Shown here: positions 17,498 through 26,260 of the stretch, one piece after another | How the letters are laid out: each line of letters opens with the position of its first letter | Position numbering within the stretch: the first letter of the stretch is position 1 | Source: Euryarchaeota archaeon UBA550 | Lineage (GTDB): Archaea; Thermoplasmatota; Poseidoniia; Poseidoniales; Poseidoniaceae | Assembly (NCBI GenBank): GCA_002506705.1 | Contig: DAYA01000055.1 | Location: forward strand, 1 to 46,932 | DNA: 46,932 bases | Reading direction: 5' to 3' | Program-made: the position numbers and the translations under genes | The notes under the pieces: model-generated | Database searches by the model: none | The model's input: only the letters and a program-made list of their open reading frames with translations | Told to the model about the DNA's origin: nothing

Positions 17498-17585
17498 TGA
17501 ATTCTAGCAAATAAAGCACAAATCACTACTCTGCCTTGCAGAAAAATCCTCTAGAATTTTGGTTCGAATTTGATTTCAAGAATCG

Positions 17586-17671
17586 TGGCGCCGAGAGGGA
17601 GATTTGAACTCCCGAGGGACGGGCCCACGCGATTTCCAGTCGCGCGCACTACCAGGCTATGCGATCTCGGC
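17586..17671 (-). tRNA. tRNA-Ser (anticodon GGA), class II with long variable arm, CCA encoded
   Basis: Manual fold. Acceptor GCCGAGA/TCTCGGC. Anticodon stem CGCGA/TCGCG with loop CTGGAAA. Variable arm TGGGCCCGTCCCTC. T-arm GGGAG-TTCAAAT-CTCCC. 3' end GCCA. Confidence 0.9.
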
Positions 17672-17742
17672 TGCAACTTCGCCGACAGGCCTTCCATGTT
17701 TAACCGAAACGGTTGGTGATAGCCTGTGGTGAATCCGAATCG

Positions 17743-17749
17743 ATTATAT
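17743..17749 (+). promoter_or_regulatory. TATA-like box for tRNA-Thr
   Basis: ATTATAT is centred about 29 nt upstream of the mature tRNA 5' end at 17775. Confidence 0.35.
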
Positions 17750-17774
17750 CACAACGGTAGGTGGCGCCGAATAC

Positions 17775-17849
17775 GCCACCATGGCTTAGTGGTATAGCAC
17801 CTCATTGGTAATGAGGAGGTCGCGAGTTCAAGTCTCGCTGGTGGCTCCA
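17775..17849 (+). tRNA. tRNA-Thr (anticodon GGT), CCA encoded
   Basis: Manual fold. Acceptor GCCACCA/TGGTGGC. Anticodon stem CCTCA/TGAGG with loop TTGGTAA. T-arm GCGAG-TTCAAGT-CTCGC. 3' end TCCA. Confidence 0.9.
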
Positions 17850-17855
17850 AGTTTG

Positions 17856-17865
17856 TTTCTTTTTT
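17856..17865 (+). terminator. Oligo-T tract after tRNA-Thr
   Basis: TTTCTTTTTT lies directly downstream of the tRNA. A second CTTTTTG is at 17874-17880. Confidence 0.35.
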
Positions 17866-17902
17866 GTTAGTGGCTTTTTGGGGCAGGGTTGATAGGATAC
17901 AG

Positions 17903-17919
17903 CGGACCCGTAGGGTCCG
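17903..17919 (+). promoter_or_regulatory. CGGACCC-GTA-GGGTCCG palindrome/hairpin in the leader of giant gene 2
   Basis: 7-bp stem with a 3-nt loop, ending 9 nt before ATG 17929. Near-identical to 8077-8093 read on the coding strand. Confidence 0.4.
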
Positions 17920-17928
17920 GTAGTCATC

Positions 17929-20900
17929 ATGAAGTCTCACACTAAAACTTCCCTCGCGATGTTTTTGACGATTCTAATGATCAGCCATGTAGCCTCAGCG
18001 GCGACTAGTTCCTGGAATGGTCCATCCGGCTTATCAGGCGCCTCACAAACGGTTTCAGATGCGTTTGAGGTGCCAGGAAATGCAACAGTAATCGATGCAT
18101 GGTTGCACGTTGATGAGAGCGGTTATCTTGAAGATGGATATGGAGTTACCTGGACAGGTGAAGATGTTCCCGGAAATTTCACATCAGGCCAATTTTCAAA
18201 CACTATGATTGGTAAATTCGAAGGAGCGATGTCACTAATGCCAGATTCTGCAGTTTCTAATGTCGATTCATTTTCTTCAGCAAGTTTGCAGTTACCATCC
18301 GCTTGGTCTCACACTGGCTCTATTTGGGAAGCTGTTAATCCCAGCAGCATGAATGGTACAGTATCCGGAACAACCAGAACAATGGCCCATGGTTCTGCTC
18401 CAGCCACAGCAGCAGATGGTGGAGTAGTCGCAGCCACTTTACCCGGTCAAGGTTTGCCAACTAGTTCATCGGGAGCGTTGATAGCTCCTCAATTCGCGAT
18501 TCCATCACCAATCAACAATTTCAATCTCTCTTTTGCACATTCTCACCACCTCGATTCCCTTGACGGCGCATGGGTTGAGTACAGACTTGACAACGGGCCT
18601 TGGACCTACATTGCACCAAGCGGCGGATACACCTCGACAATATCTGCAAATGCATCGGTTCCAAATGGTGCAAATGGTTCGGGATTTGCAGTATTTGGTA
18701 ATGGCAACTTCAGTGGCTGGAACACAGTGGTTTTCAATCTTGATAATATCTCAGGAATTTCAAATGCCACTCTGATGCAGTTTAGATTCCAAGTATGGAC
18801 CGATAGCAACAGTACTTCACGACCCGGTTGGTTCTTAGACAGTTTTTCCGTAACAAATCAGGGCAATTCAGTTGGATATTGGCACCATGGATGCTACAGT
18901 CAAACAGGAAGCACCTGTTTTTACAGTAACAACGCTCATGCTGCACTGGAAAGTGCAATCGATCTCTCGAACACATCAACGGGTTCCAAGGTTCAAACAA
19001 GGCTTGAGTTCGACCTCGAAGGTTCATCATACGACAATTTCTGTGTTGAGTTATCTACAGATAATGGAACCACGTGGACTGATATTTCATCCGGTACTTC
19101 CGCCACAACGACAGACTGTCGTTCGAGAACTGGTGCGATACCAGGTAGCAGTTATACGCTACCAAACGGAACAACAGTGTTTGATGATTCAGGAGGTTTC
19201 GTTACTCTCGATTTCTCAATTCCACAAGCCATGCTTGGCTCCAACAACACCTCCAAAATTAGGTACGTCGTTCAAACAGATAGTTCCGTACAATACGGGT
19301 CTTCTACCGACGAGCGCGAAGGTTTGACTGTGGACTGGTTCAAGATAATCACTTCAAACGGAACCACCGTTGATGTAAATCACCTATCTAATTCAAGCAG
19401 TGCGTCCAATTACGGAATAAATGGCGCTACAAATGACTGGGCTTTCATACAGATAGGAGCAGGTGGGCTGAGTATAACAGATTCACTAGAAGATGCCCCC
19501 GCATTACCGCCAGGGGGTTGGTCGATATCTAATCAAGCAGGTCAAACCGGTTGGCAATTTGGTGCAGTTTGCTCAAACTACACCGATGGCCCAACATCTT
19601 TCCCTAGTGCTAGTCTTGGATTTGGTACAAATCTCTGTGGAGATTATGATTCTAGTTCTGATAATTCTCTGTATTCGCCGTCTTACTACGTTCCGTTAGG
19701 AGCGAGTGCGAGATTTGTTTGGCAGCACTGGATGTGTGCAGAGGATGGTTGGGACGGCGGATTACTGTATGTCTCCACCAATGGTGGTGCTTGGAATCAA
19801 GCATTTGTGAATTATACGAACAGTACTAATTGGTATGATGGAACAATAACTAGCACTAGTGGATTCATTGGGACTAATGTTTGGGATGGAAGACAGTATG
19901 TCGCTGCTTCAGGTCAATTTTCATGCACTAGCAGTGCAAACATTCCATGGCTGAGTATGGAGTACGATGTATCTAACCTCTCAGGAAATAACGTGTCATT
20001 CAGATTTAGACAAATCAGCGACACTGCTGTACAGGAGCCGGGGTGGTACGTTGATGATATTGGTCTAGAAGTCGACTGGTTTGAGACCGAAGGTTCGTGG
20101 AGATCACCTCTTATTTCTACAAACGACCTTGGGTACGGATTCGTTGATGCGGACGTAATTCTGCCAGCAAATACTTGGTATGGTGTTGACGTGTTAGACG
20201 CTTCAGGTCAATTAATTCCCGGACATGAAAATATGTCTCTACCTCTCTCTTTGGCTAGTATTGACAGAGATAATCATTCAGGCATATACATCGAAGTTAA
20301 CATGGGTACAGATGACCAATATTACACGCCTTTGATCCGTGAGTTAACTGTGGGTGCTACAAGGTACTTTGGCGACTCTAACGGTTGGAATATACCCTCT
20401 TCGCTAACACGCTTATCAAATGGCACCTGGGTCAATAATGGTGGAGGTACAATCGCAGTTACTGGTGATTCCGGATTATCGTCCCGGCCAATATCTTCAG
20501 CAACTTTGACGGGTAACTTCACTGGAGTTACAGCTTCACTCACCACATCTGGTACTCAAAGCGTTACCACAACGAGTGTAAATTCAGTTCTTAACCTAGG
20601 TGATATGCGTACTTCAATCGCTCCTAGAGTTACTTTTGCTCCGGGTGCTTCTGTATCTGAGTTAGTATTCCGTGGCGCTTTCGCTCAACCTGCAAGCGGT
20701 GCAACAATCGATTTAGCAGATGATGGAGCAATCGACTGGGAGTTCAGTTCAATGCCGGGATACGGTTCATATGGCTGGCAGACTCAAATCAATTCTAATC
20801 AAATTCAACATTCGCTTGATATCCAAGACACTGGAACACTTTCAGTTATGATTCCTGATGGAGCTAATGTCCATACTATGCTAATCGGTCTAAATCCGGA

Positions 20901-23900
20901 TGGAAGCACATCACCATTGGCAGTATCTAGCGGTTCAAATCAATTTTACCAAATTGCATACACTAACTGGTCTACATCGGTAGTGTCAATTTCCAATCCT
21001 CAGTTTGCCACATCCGGTACATACACTGATTCTTCGGGAAGGGATTGGTCAATGATTGATATTGAGTTTGCATCTAACGGTTCAAATTTCAATATTGGCT
21101 CATTCGCAATTGGGTATAATTTGCTGGAGAATGTATCCGGGTTAGGTCAGACTGTCAAAGACTATCACGAGCAAAACTCAAACAATGGTCAAATCGATAT
21201 CGTGAATGTACCAATAACTTGGACTGCTTCAACTGGTGGAGTTGCAATCGATGGAGGAGTATATCATGAAAATATGATTACTAACCATCCATTTAATGTC
21301 CCTGTTACTTGGTATCCAACTGGTGAGTTGCAGGGATTCATTACCCAACATCACCATTTACTTGGAAATGAAAACATCGACGAAATTCACTTGATTGGTA
21401 TGGATTCATCAGGTGACAGTGTAACAATTACTCTGACAGACATCCACACCAGCCCAGTGTTCACTCAAAGTAGTGGCTTTGGCATGTTGAAACTGCAGAA
21501 CAACTCATCGGTAACTGAAATCGGTGGTAGGTTGGTAGTGGATTGGCAGTTTGAGGTCGATTGGGATTGGAATGATTCACAATCAGTGATTTGGACAGCT
21601 CAAGCATACGAAATAATTGCTGGAAACTTGGAGGGGCTATCTCCTGCTACTGCTCAGTCTGGAGATATAGGAATACAAGCTAGCGAAAACGATCTTCAAG
21701 TTGATACATGGAAGGTTGTCGATTTCTACGGTCATGAGTTGTCTGACATGTTTTCTCCAGATTACCCATTCTGGGCTAAATCTGGAAGTCAAGTTTCAGT
21801 TTCAGGAACCGTACGTTTTGAGAATACGCTAGACCTCAGGCCACAGACGGAAGATTTCGAAGTCGCAGTTAGCATAGGTGGTTCAGACGTAATCCTAAAC
21901 TCAACTAGTGACGGACAGTGGACTGGTCTTGTAACATTGCCCGTCAACAATACACAAGTGAACCTAACTCCTTACGTAATCAGGGCTGGACCTGCGACAG
22001 GTGCGTCAGGGGCAGAAGATACAACTTTCACCAGTCCAGTCACTGTATTGCTTGATTCAGAATCACCTTATGCATCCAATCTTCAGGTTAACTCTGGCCA
22101 GAGATTGCTAGCTGCAGACGGCTACACATGGGACCCTAGCACACCATTGTCTCTACAAGTTACAATTACGGATAATCAAGCACTTGGCAATGAAGTTGTA
22201 ATGCATTATTGGCGTCAGGAATTGGATGACACAAATCTTGATGGGGTTGCAGATGAGTTAGAATACAGAACAATGTCGAAACCACTGCCAGAGGGTGTGG
22301 CTGGTGAGAGAACACTCTCATTCGGTGGAATCGATGTTTCGGGAATGCAGATGAATGCTAAACTTTCGGTTTACTTTACCTCAATAGATTATGCTGGTCA
22401 TGAATTACTATTCGGAGGAAGCCCTGGTCTCGATAATGACATGGCAACAATGATTATAGCAGTAAATGAACCAACAACAATTCCTCTCTCATCATTGGAA
22501 TTGGATTCGGTTAGCGACCAATTACTCGCAGGACAAATGCACAACCTCACGATGGAAATTAGTGATGCGAATGGAGTTGATTCAATCGACATCGTTACAG
22601 TAAAGTTACTAGGCGCAGATGTAGATGAAGTGGGAGTAATGAATTGGGAGCCTAGAAATGGTGCAATTTACACAAATAATGATTCACAACTAACTCTTCA
22701 TGATGTAATTACCATACAAGGTGATGGAGATTCTTGGTACGTGTCTTGGCACTTTAGTTTAGATTGGGATTTCGATGAATCATTAGTTCCTGAATATGCT
22801 TTGCCAGCTATAGTCGTGTTTGATGATGATGATTTGAACCCTGTAGCATTGCTAACAAATTTGGGAGATATTCGCTGGCAACTGGACAATGATCTCAAGG
22901 TGACATTGGATGAAAAATCTGACAACACACCACCTATTTCTCAACCATCATCAGGGCACATATTTGTTCAGCCTGGTGATGATTTGACTTTCACTGGTAA
23001 GGTAGTCTATTCGAAATCTGGAATTCCTGTAGAAAATCTACCTAGCCAGGGCCTTGAAGTAACGGTTAGCACAAGTTATGGTAGTGAACCGCTTCAAGTA
23101 TATGCGGAAGTTGTTGTGGGTGGCAGTTGGGAAACCGGTCTAATCTTACCATCGAGGTCACTATCAACACCCGAATTGGTCGTGGATTATTCAATAACTG
23201 GAGTTCCTCTCCCAGGATATGATCTATCTTCGCTTAATACCATGATTACAGTTGATGAAACCTTACCAGTCGTTCAGTTTTCAACCGCACCGTTATCGCT
23301 CAACGATGAGGAATTAGAGACGCTACAATATTCGGTTTTGATTATTGAAGAAGGAGGAATGCCAGCAGGCGATATAGAAGTTAATTGGGCATTTTTGAGA
23401 AATGGTTTGATTATGGATAATGGCCAATCTAGTAGCATTATCCCGTATATTGCCAACAACTCAGGTACATGGACATATTCTGGTAGTGTAGATTTCACTG
23501 AAGGAGTAAATGTTACACTTGTGGAAGGTGATGAACTGATTTGGTGGGTCGACGTTGTCGACTTGGCAGGGAATGCTGCTAGAGGAACAGGTCTATCCGA
23601 GATTGACCCTATGAATACGATATTCACTGTACTTTCCTTCGACTTGACTGTGACAAATATCGAAATTACCCTCGCAGATGGTTCTATTCCAAGAGGAAAC
23701 GAGGTTGTCGAAGGAACTGAAATCGGTGTGGTTGTCCAAGTTAGAAATCTTGGTACAAAAGCGGGTACTGTTAAAATCTCACTTGTTGAAGACTTAGGTG
23801 CTGCGAGGAATTGGTTATCTCATGGTGAAGTAGACCTAACTATTGCTCCTGGACAGACAATGGAAACAATTCCACTATTGTTTGAAACATACGGGGCTGG

Positions 23901-24459
23901 AAATCAGAACCTATACGTTAACGTCAGTGGCATGGACCTATGGATTGAAAACTCAATGTTACCACATTGTTCTAGCATAAATGGTAATGCTACCTGTGAC
24001 TTAGATGTTGAGAGCGATATGCCAAGAGTGATAAGTCAGGATGACGCAGAGAGTGGTTTAGATGGCACAGCTCTTACAATTGGTATTCTTGCATTGCTTT
24101 TGATTGGTGCGGCCTTTGCGATTATCGTTCTCATGCGTAGAGAAAAGTCCGATTACAGTATATTCTATGATGATGATGAATGGGAAGAAGATGACATTGA
24201 AGATTTCCAAGAACAAAAGGAGACACCAATTCTACCACCTATTTCGCCAGACAGGCCTGCATTAGATTCTGCATCAGAGGTTCTAAATTCAAATGACGGC
24301 AATGGTGAAGACGAAACCGTTGAAACTCAAAACTCTGATGAAGAAAAGGACTCAGATGCACAAGAAACGACTGCTGATGAGGTTGAGGAACCCGTTGTTG
24401 AACCGGTAGAAGAGAGTGACCCTTGGGCGGATGTTGAGCACTCTGAAAAAGTAGATTGA
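17929..24459 (+). CDS. Giant surface protein 2 (2176 aa): signal peptide, three MAM/LamG-like jelly-roll modules, long beta-rich region, CARDB-like module, C-terminal TM, acidic tail
   Basis: N-terminus MKSHTKTSLAMFLTILMISHVASA. Module ends are FRFQVWTDSNSTSRPGWFLDSFSV, IRYVVQTDSS...LTVDWFKI and VSFRFRQISDTAVQEPGWYVDDIGLEV. About 40 N-x-S/T sequons by manual count. VRNLGTKAGTV is CARDB-like. TM ALTIGILALLLIGAAFAIIVLM at nt 24070-24135, then an acidic tail. Confidence 0.9.
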   Translation: MKSHTKTSLAMFLTILMISHVASAATSSWNGPSGLSGASQTVSDAFEVPGNATVIDAWLHVDESGYLEDGYGVTWTGEDVPGNFTSGQFSNTMIGKFEGAMSLMPDSAVSNVDSFSSASLQLPSAWSHTGSIWEAVNPSSMNGTVSGTTRTMAHGSAPATAADGGVVAATLPGQGLPTSSSGALIAPQFAIPSPINNFNLSFAHSHHLDSLDGAWVEYRLDNGPWTYIAPSGGYTSTISANASVPNGANGSGFAVFGNGNFSGWNTVVFNLDNISGISNATLMQFRFQVWTDSNSTSRPGWFLDSFSVTNQGNSVGYWHHGCYSQTGSTCFYSNNAHAALESAIDLSNTSTGSKVQTRLEFDLEGSSYDNFCVELSTDNGTTWTDISSGTSATTTDCRSRTGAIPGSSYTLPNGTTVFDDSGGFVTLDFSIPQAMLGSNNTSKIRYVVQTDSSVQYGSSTDEREGLTVDWFKIITSNGTTVDVNHLSNSSSASNYGINGATNDWAFIQIGAGGLSITDSLEDAPALPPGGWSISNQAGQTGWQFGAVCSNYTDGPTSFPSASLGFGTNLCGDYDSSSDNSLYSPSYYVPLGASARFVWQHWMCAEDGWDGGLLYVSTNGGAWNQAFVNYTNSTNWYDGTITSTSGFIGTNVWDGRQYVAASGQFSCTSSANIPWLSMEYDVSNLSGNNVSFRFRQISDTAVQEPGWYVDDIGLEVDWFETEGSWRSPLISTNDLGYGFVDADVILPANTWYGVDVLDASGQLIPGHENMSLPLSLASIDRDNHSGIYIEVNMGTDDQYYTPLIRELTVGATRYFGDSNGWNIPSSLTRLSNGTWVNNGGGTIAVTGDSGLSSRPISSATLTGNFTGVTASLTTSGTQSVTTTSVNSVLNLGDMRTSIAPRVTFAPGASVSELVFRGAFAQPASGATIDLADDGAIDWEFSSMPGYGSYGWQTQINSNQIQHSLDIQDTGTLSVMIPDGANVHTMLIGLNPDGSTSPLAVSSGSNQFYQIAYTNWSTSVVSISNPQFATSGTYTDSSGRDWSMIDIEFASNGSNFNIGSFAIGYNLLENVSGLGQTVKDYHEQNSNNGQIDIVNVPITWTASTGGVAIDGGVYHENMITNHPFNVPVTWYPTGELQGFITQHHHLLGNENIDEIHLIGMDSSGDSVTITLTDIHTSPVFTQSSGFGMLKLQNNSSVTEIGGRLVVDWQFEVDWDWNDSQSVIWTAQAYEIIAGNLEGLSPATAQSGDIGIQASENDLQVDTWKVVDFYGHELSDMFSPDYPFWAKSGSQVSVSGTVRFENTLDLRPQTEDFEVAVSIGGSDVILNSTSDGQWTGLVTLPVNNTQVNLTPYVIRAGPATGASGAEDTTFTSPVTVLLDSESPYASNLQVNSGQRLLAADGYTWDPSTPLSLQVTITDNQALGNEVVMHYWRQELDDTNLDGVADELEYRTMSKPLPEGVAGERTLSFGGIDVSGMQMNAKLSVYFTSIDYAGHELLFGGSPGLDNDMATMIIAVNEPTTIPLSSLELDSVSDQLLAGQMHNLTMEISDANGVDSIDIVTVKLLGADVDEVGVMNWEPRNGAIYTNNDSQLTLHDVITIQGDGDSWYVSWHFSLDWDFDESLVPEYALPAIVVFDDDDLNPVALLTNLGDIRWQLDNDLKVTLDEKSDNTPPISQPSSGHIFVQPGDDLTFTGKVVYSKSGIPVENLPSQGLEVTVSTSYGSEPLQVYAEVVVGGSWETGLILPSRSLSTPELVVDYSITGVPLPGYDLSSLNTMITVDETLPVVQFSTAPLSLNDEELETLQYSVLIIEEGGMPAGDIEVNWAFLRNGLIMDNGQSSSIIPYIANNSGTWTYSGSVDFTEGVNVTLVEGDELIWWVDVVDLAGNAARGTGLSEIDPMNTIFTVLSFDLTVTNIEITLADGSIPRGNEVVEGTEIGVVVQVRNLGTKAGTVKISLVEDLGAARNWLSHGEVDLTIAPGQTMETIPLLFETYGAGNQNLYVNVSGMDLWIENSMLPHCSSINGNATCDLDVESDMPRVISQDDAESGLDGTALTIGILALLLIGAAFAIIVLMRREKSDYSIFYDDDEWEEDDIEDFQEQKETPILPPISPDRPALDSASEVLNSNDGNGEDETVETQNSDEEKDSDAQETTADEVEEPVVEPVEESDPWADVEHSEKVD

Positions 24460-24560
24460 CTAAGCAAACGCGCGATTTACACTATTTCGTAACCGAAATC
24501 AATTAAAGCCTATTTTCCTAACTCAACATCAGAGAGCAAGTCTCTCTGGATGGGATTGGC

Positions 24561-24740
24561 ATGAATAATAGAAGCGTCAGCAAGGATACGGATGCCCGTG
24601 TTCGAGAATTACAAACACAAGTTGCAGATTTGAAGGAGTTAGTGAACACACTCCTCTCCGTAATTTGTGAGGAACCAGATGGTGTTACTAGCGGTGCAGC
24701 ACCATCGTATGGCCAACCGAAAATGAACTACTGTATGTGA
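24561..24740 (+). CDS. Possible small protein (59 aa), predicted helical N-terminal half
   Basis: MNNRSVSKDTDARVRELQTQVADLKELVNTLLSVICEEPDGVTSGAAPSYGQPKMNYCM. Fills the gap up to the rtcB stop exactly. No clear SD and no recognised family. Confidence 0.3.
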   Translation: MNNRSVSKDTDARVRELQTQVADLKELVNTLLSVICEEPDGVTSGAAPSYGQPKMNYCM

Positions 24741-26156
24741 TTAGCCCTTAATTACAGCTAGTGGCATCATTCTAGCAATCGGTTTTGCTAGGCCTGCTTT
24801 ATGTGATAGTTCAATGACTTCATCTACGTTTTTGTAGGCATCTGGTGCCTCTTCTGACATTATGTTTGGAGTATTTGCATGAACTCTAATCCCCCTAGAT
24901 TCTAATTCTTTCTTCAGCGCTTTACCATCTATTTGTTTCTTCGCTTGTGATCTAGAAAGAACTCTTCCTGCACCATGGCAAGAAGATGAAAACGCTCGGT
25001 TTGTTTCTACTCCTTCCAATAACCAAGATCCAGTACCCATGTCCCCAGGTACCAAGACAGGTTGGTTTGGCATCGCTCGTGTTGCACCTTTTCTGTGGAC
25101 CATACAAGTACACCTTGCTCCATGAATCTCGTGTACCTCCTCTTTTGCGATATTGTGACTGACATCATACAATAGCCGCGTCTCTACATTCATTTCAACG
25201 GCTAGTGTTTGACGAAGTCTATGGGTTAGTGCGCTTCGATTTGCAAATGCGAAATTCGCAGCTCCATTCATGGCATCAAGGTAAGATTGTCCTTCTTTGC
25301 TGTGAATCGGTGCTGCAGCTAATTGTCTATCTTGTATCTCAAATCCCCATTTTTCGTTGTACCAAGTGCCTTGGCGATTCCTGTATTTGTCTTCCAAACC
25401 CCTAACATGATCAGTACATACTTGATGCCCTAATCCCCTACTTCCTGAATGTATCATGCACACGACTTGTCCCTCAAACAGATCATGGGGATTACTATCT
25501 TCTATTGATTGAACAGTTTGTAACTCGAGGAAATGGTTGCCAGAACCAAGTGTACCTAATGCTTTGAGGCCACGATTGAATGCTCTCTCGGAAACACCGC
25601 TATCGGTTTCTAGAAATCCTCCGGATTCTATATTTTTCAAATCTTCATCGTATGCGAAACCAAGGTCTACCATCGCATTTGTACCTCTTGATATGATTTC
25701 ATTCAAATCTTGATTTGTAATATCCAATCCGCCTTTTCCAGATCCGCCGGAAGGAATTCTTCCGTTCAATCGTCCTGCGAGTCTGTCAATATTTGGAATG
25801 TCATCAACACTGCATTCCAGTGCTACCATTCTTACACCACAATTGATGTCAAACCCAACACCTCCTGGAGAAATTGAACCACCTTCTTCCCCCCAATTTA
25901 CATCTGTTGCTAGCACCCCTCCTATCGGGAAGCCGTATCCAAAGTGCCAATCAGCCATTGCCCAAGCTTCTCCGACAACACCTGGCATAGATGCAATATT
26001 GACGAGCTGTGATATCGACCTCTCATCGCTGCTTTTTGCAAGATGCTCCGGATTGGAGACGATCATTGCATCGACATTCATTGAGCCGTGTTTACGAATT
26101 CGCATTAAACCCTCATTCTCTACCTCGAGATGGTCCTGCCATTCTGCTCCGGTCAC
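24741..26156 (-). CDS. rtcB: RNA-splicing ligase RtcB
   Basis: Motifs GYGFPIGGV, DINCGVR, GSGNHFLE, HSGSRGLGHQV and CHGAGR. Confidence 0.93.
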   Translation of the reverse strand: MTGAEWQDHLEVENEGLMRIRKHGSMNVDAMIVSNPEHLAKSSDERSISQLVNIASMPGVVGEAWAMADWHFGYGFPIGGVLATDVNWGEEGGSISPGGVGFDINCGVRMVALECSVDDIPNIDRLAGRLNGRIPSGGSGKGGLDITNQDLNEIISRGTNAMVDLGFAYDEDLKNIESGGFLETDSGVSERAFNRGLKALGTLGSGNHFLELQTVQSIEDSNPHDLFEGQVVCMIHSGSRGLGHQVCTDHVRGLEDKYRNRQGTWYNEKWGFEIQDRQLAAAPIHSKEGQSYLDAMNGAANFAFANRSALTHRLRQTLAVEMNVETRLLYDVSHNIAKEEVHEIHGARCTCMVHRKGATRAMPNQPVLVPGDMGTGSWLLEGVETNRAFSSSCHGAGRVLSRSQAKKQIDGKALKKELESRGIRVHANTPNIMSEEAPDAYKNVDEVIELSHKAGLAKPIARMMPLAVIKG

Positions 26157-26260
26157 AGGCTCCCCACCACTTACATCACTTCATTTCTCTGTTTTAGCAG
26201 GGATGGTTTGAAGGAGTATTGATGCCCCCATGATTATGTCCGTAAGGGCAGGTGACACTA

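Noticed and set aside
17585-17770. The 10-nt direct repeat GTGGCGCCGA as an att scar of an element integrated at tRNA-Ser
   Set aside because: The repeats are only 176 bp apart and enclose nothing but the tRNA and its promoter. The second copy lies upstream of the tRNA, not downstream. There is no integrase or foreign-looking gene nearby.
17749-17940. 63-aa minus-strand ORF
   Set aside because: It overlaps the whole tRNA-Thr gene and the giant-gene leader. It is an artefact of the ORF scan.
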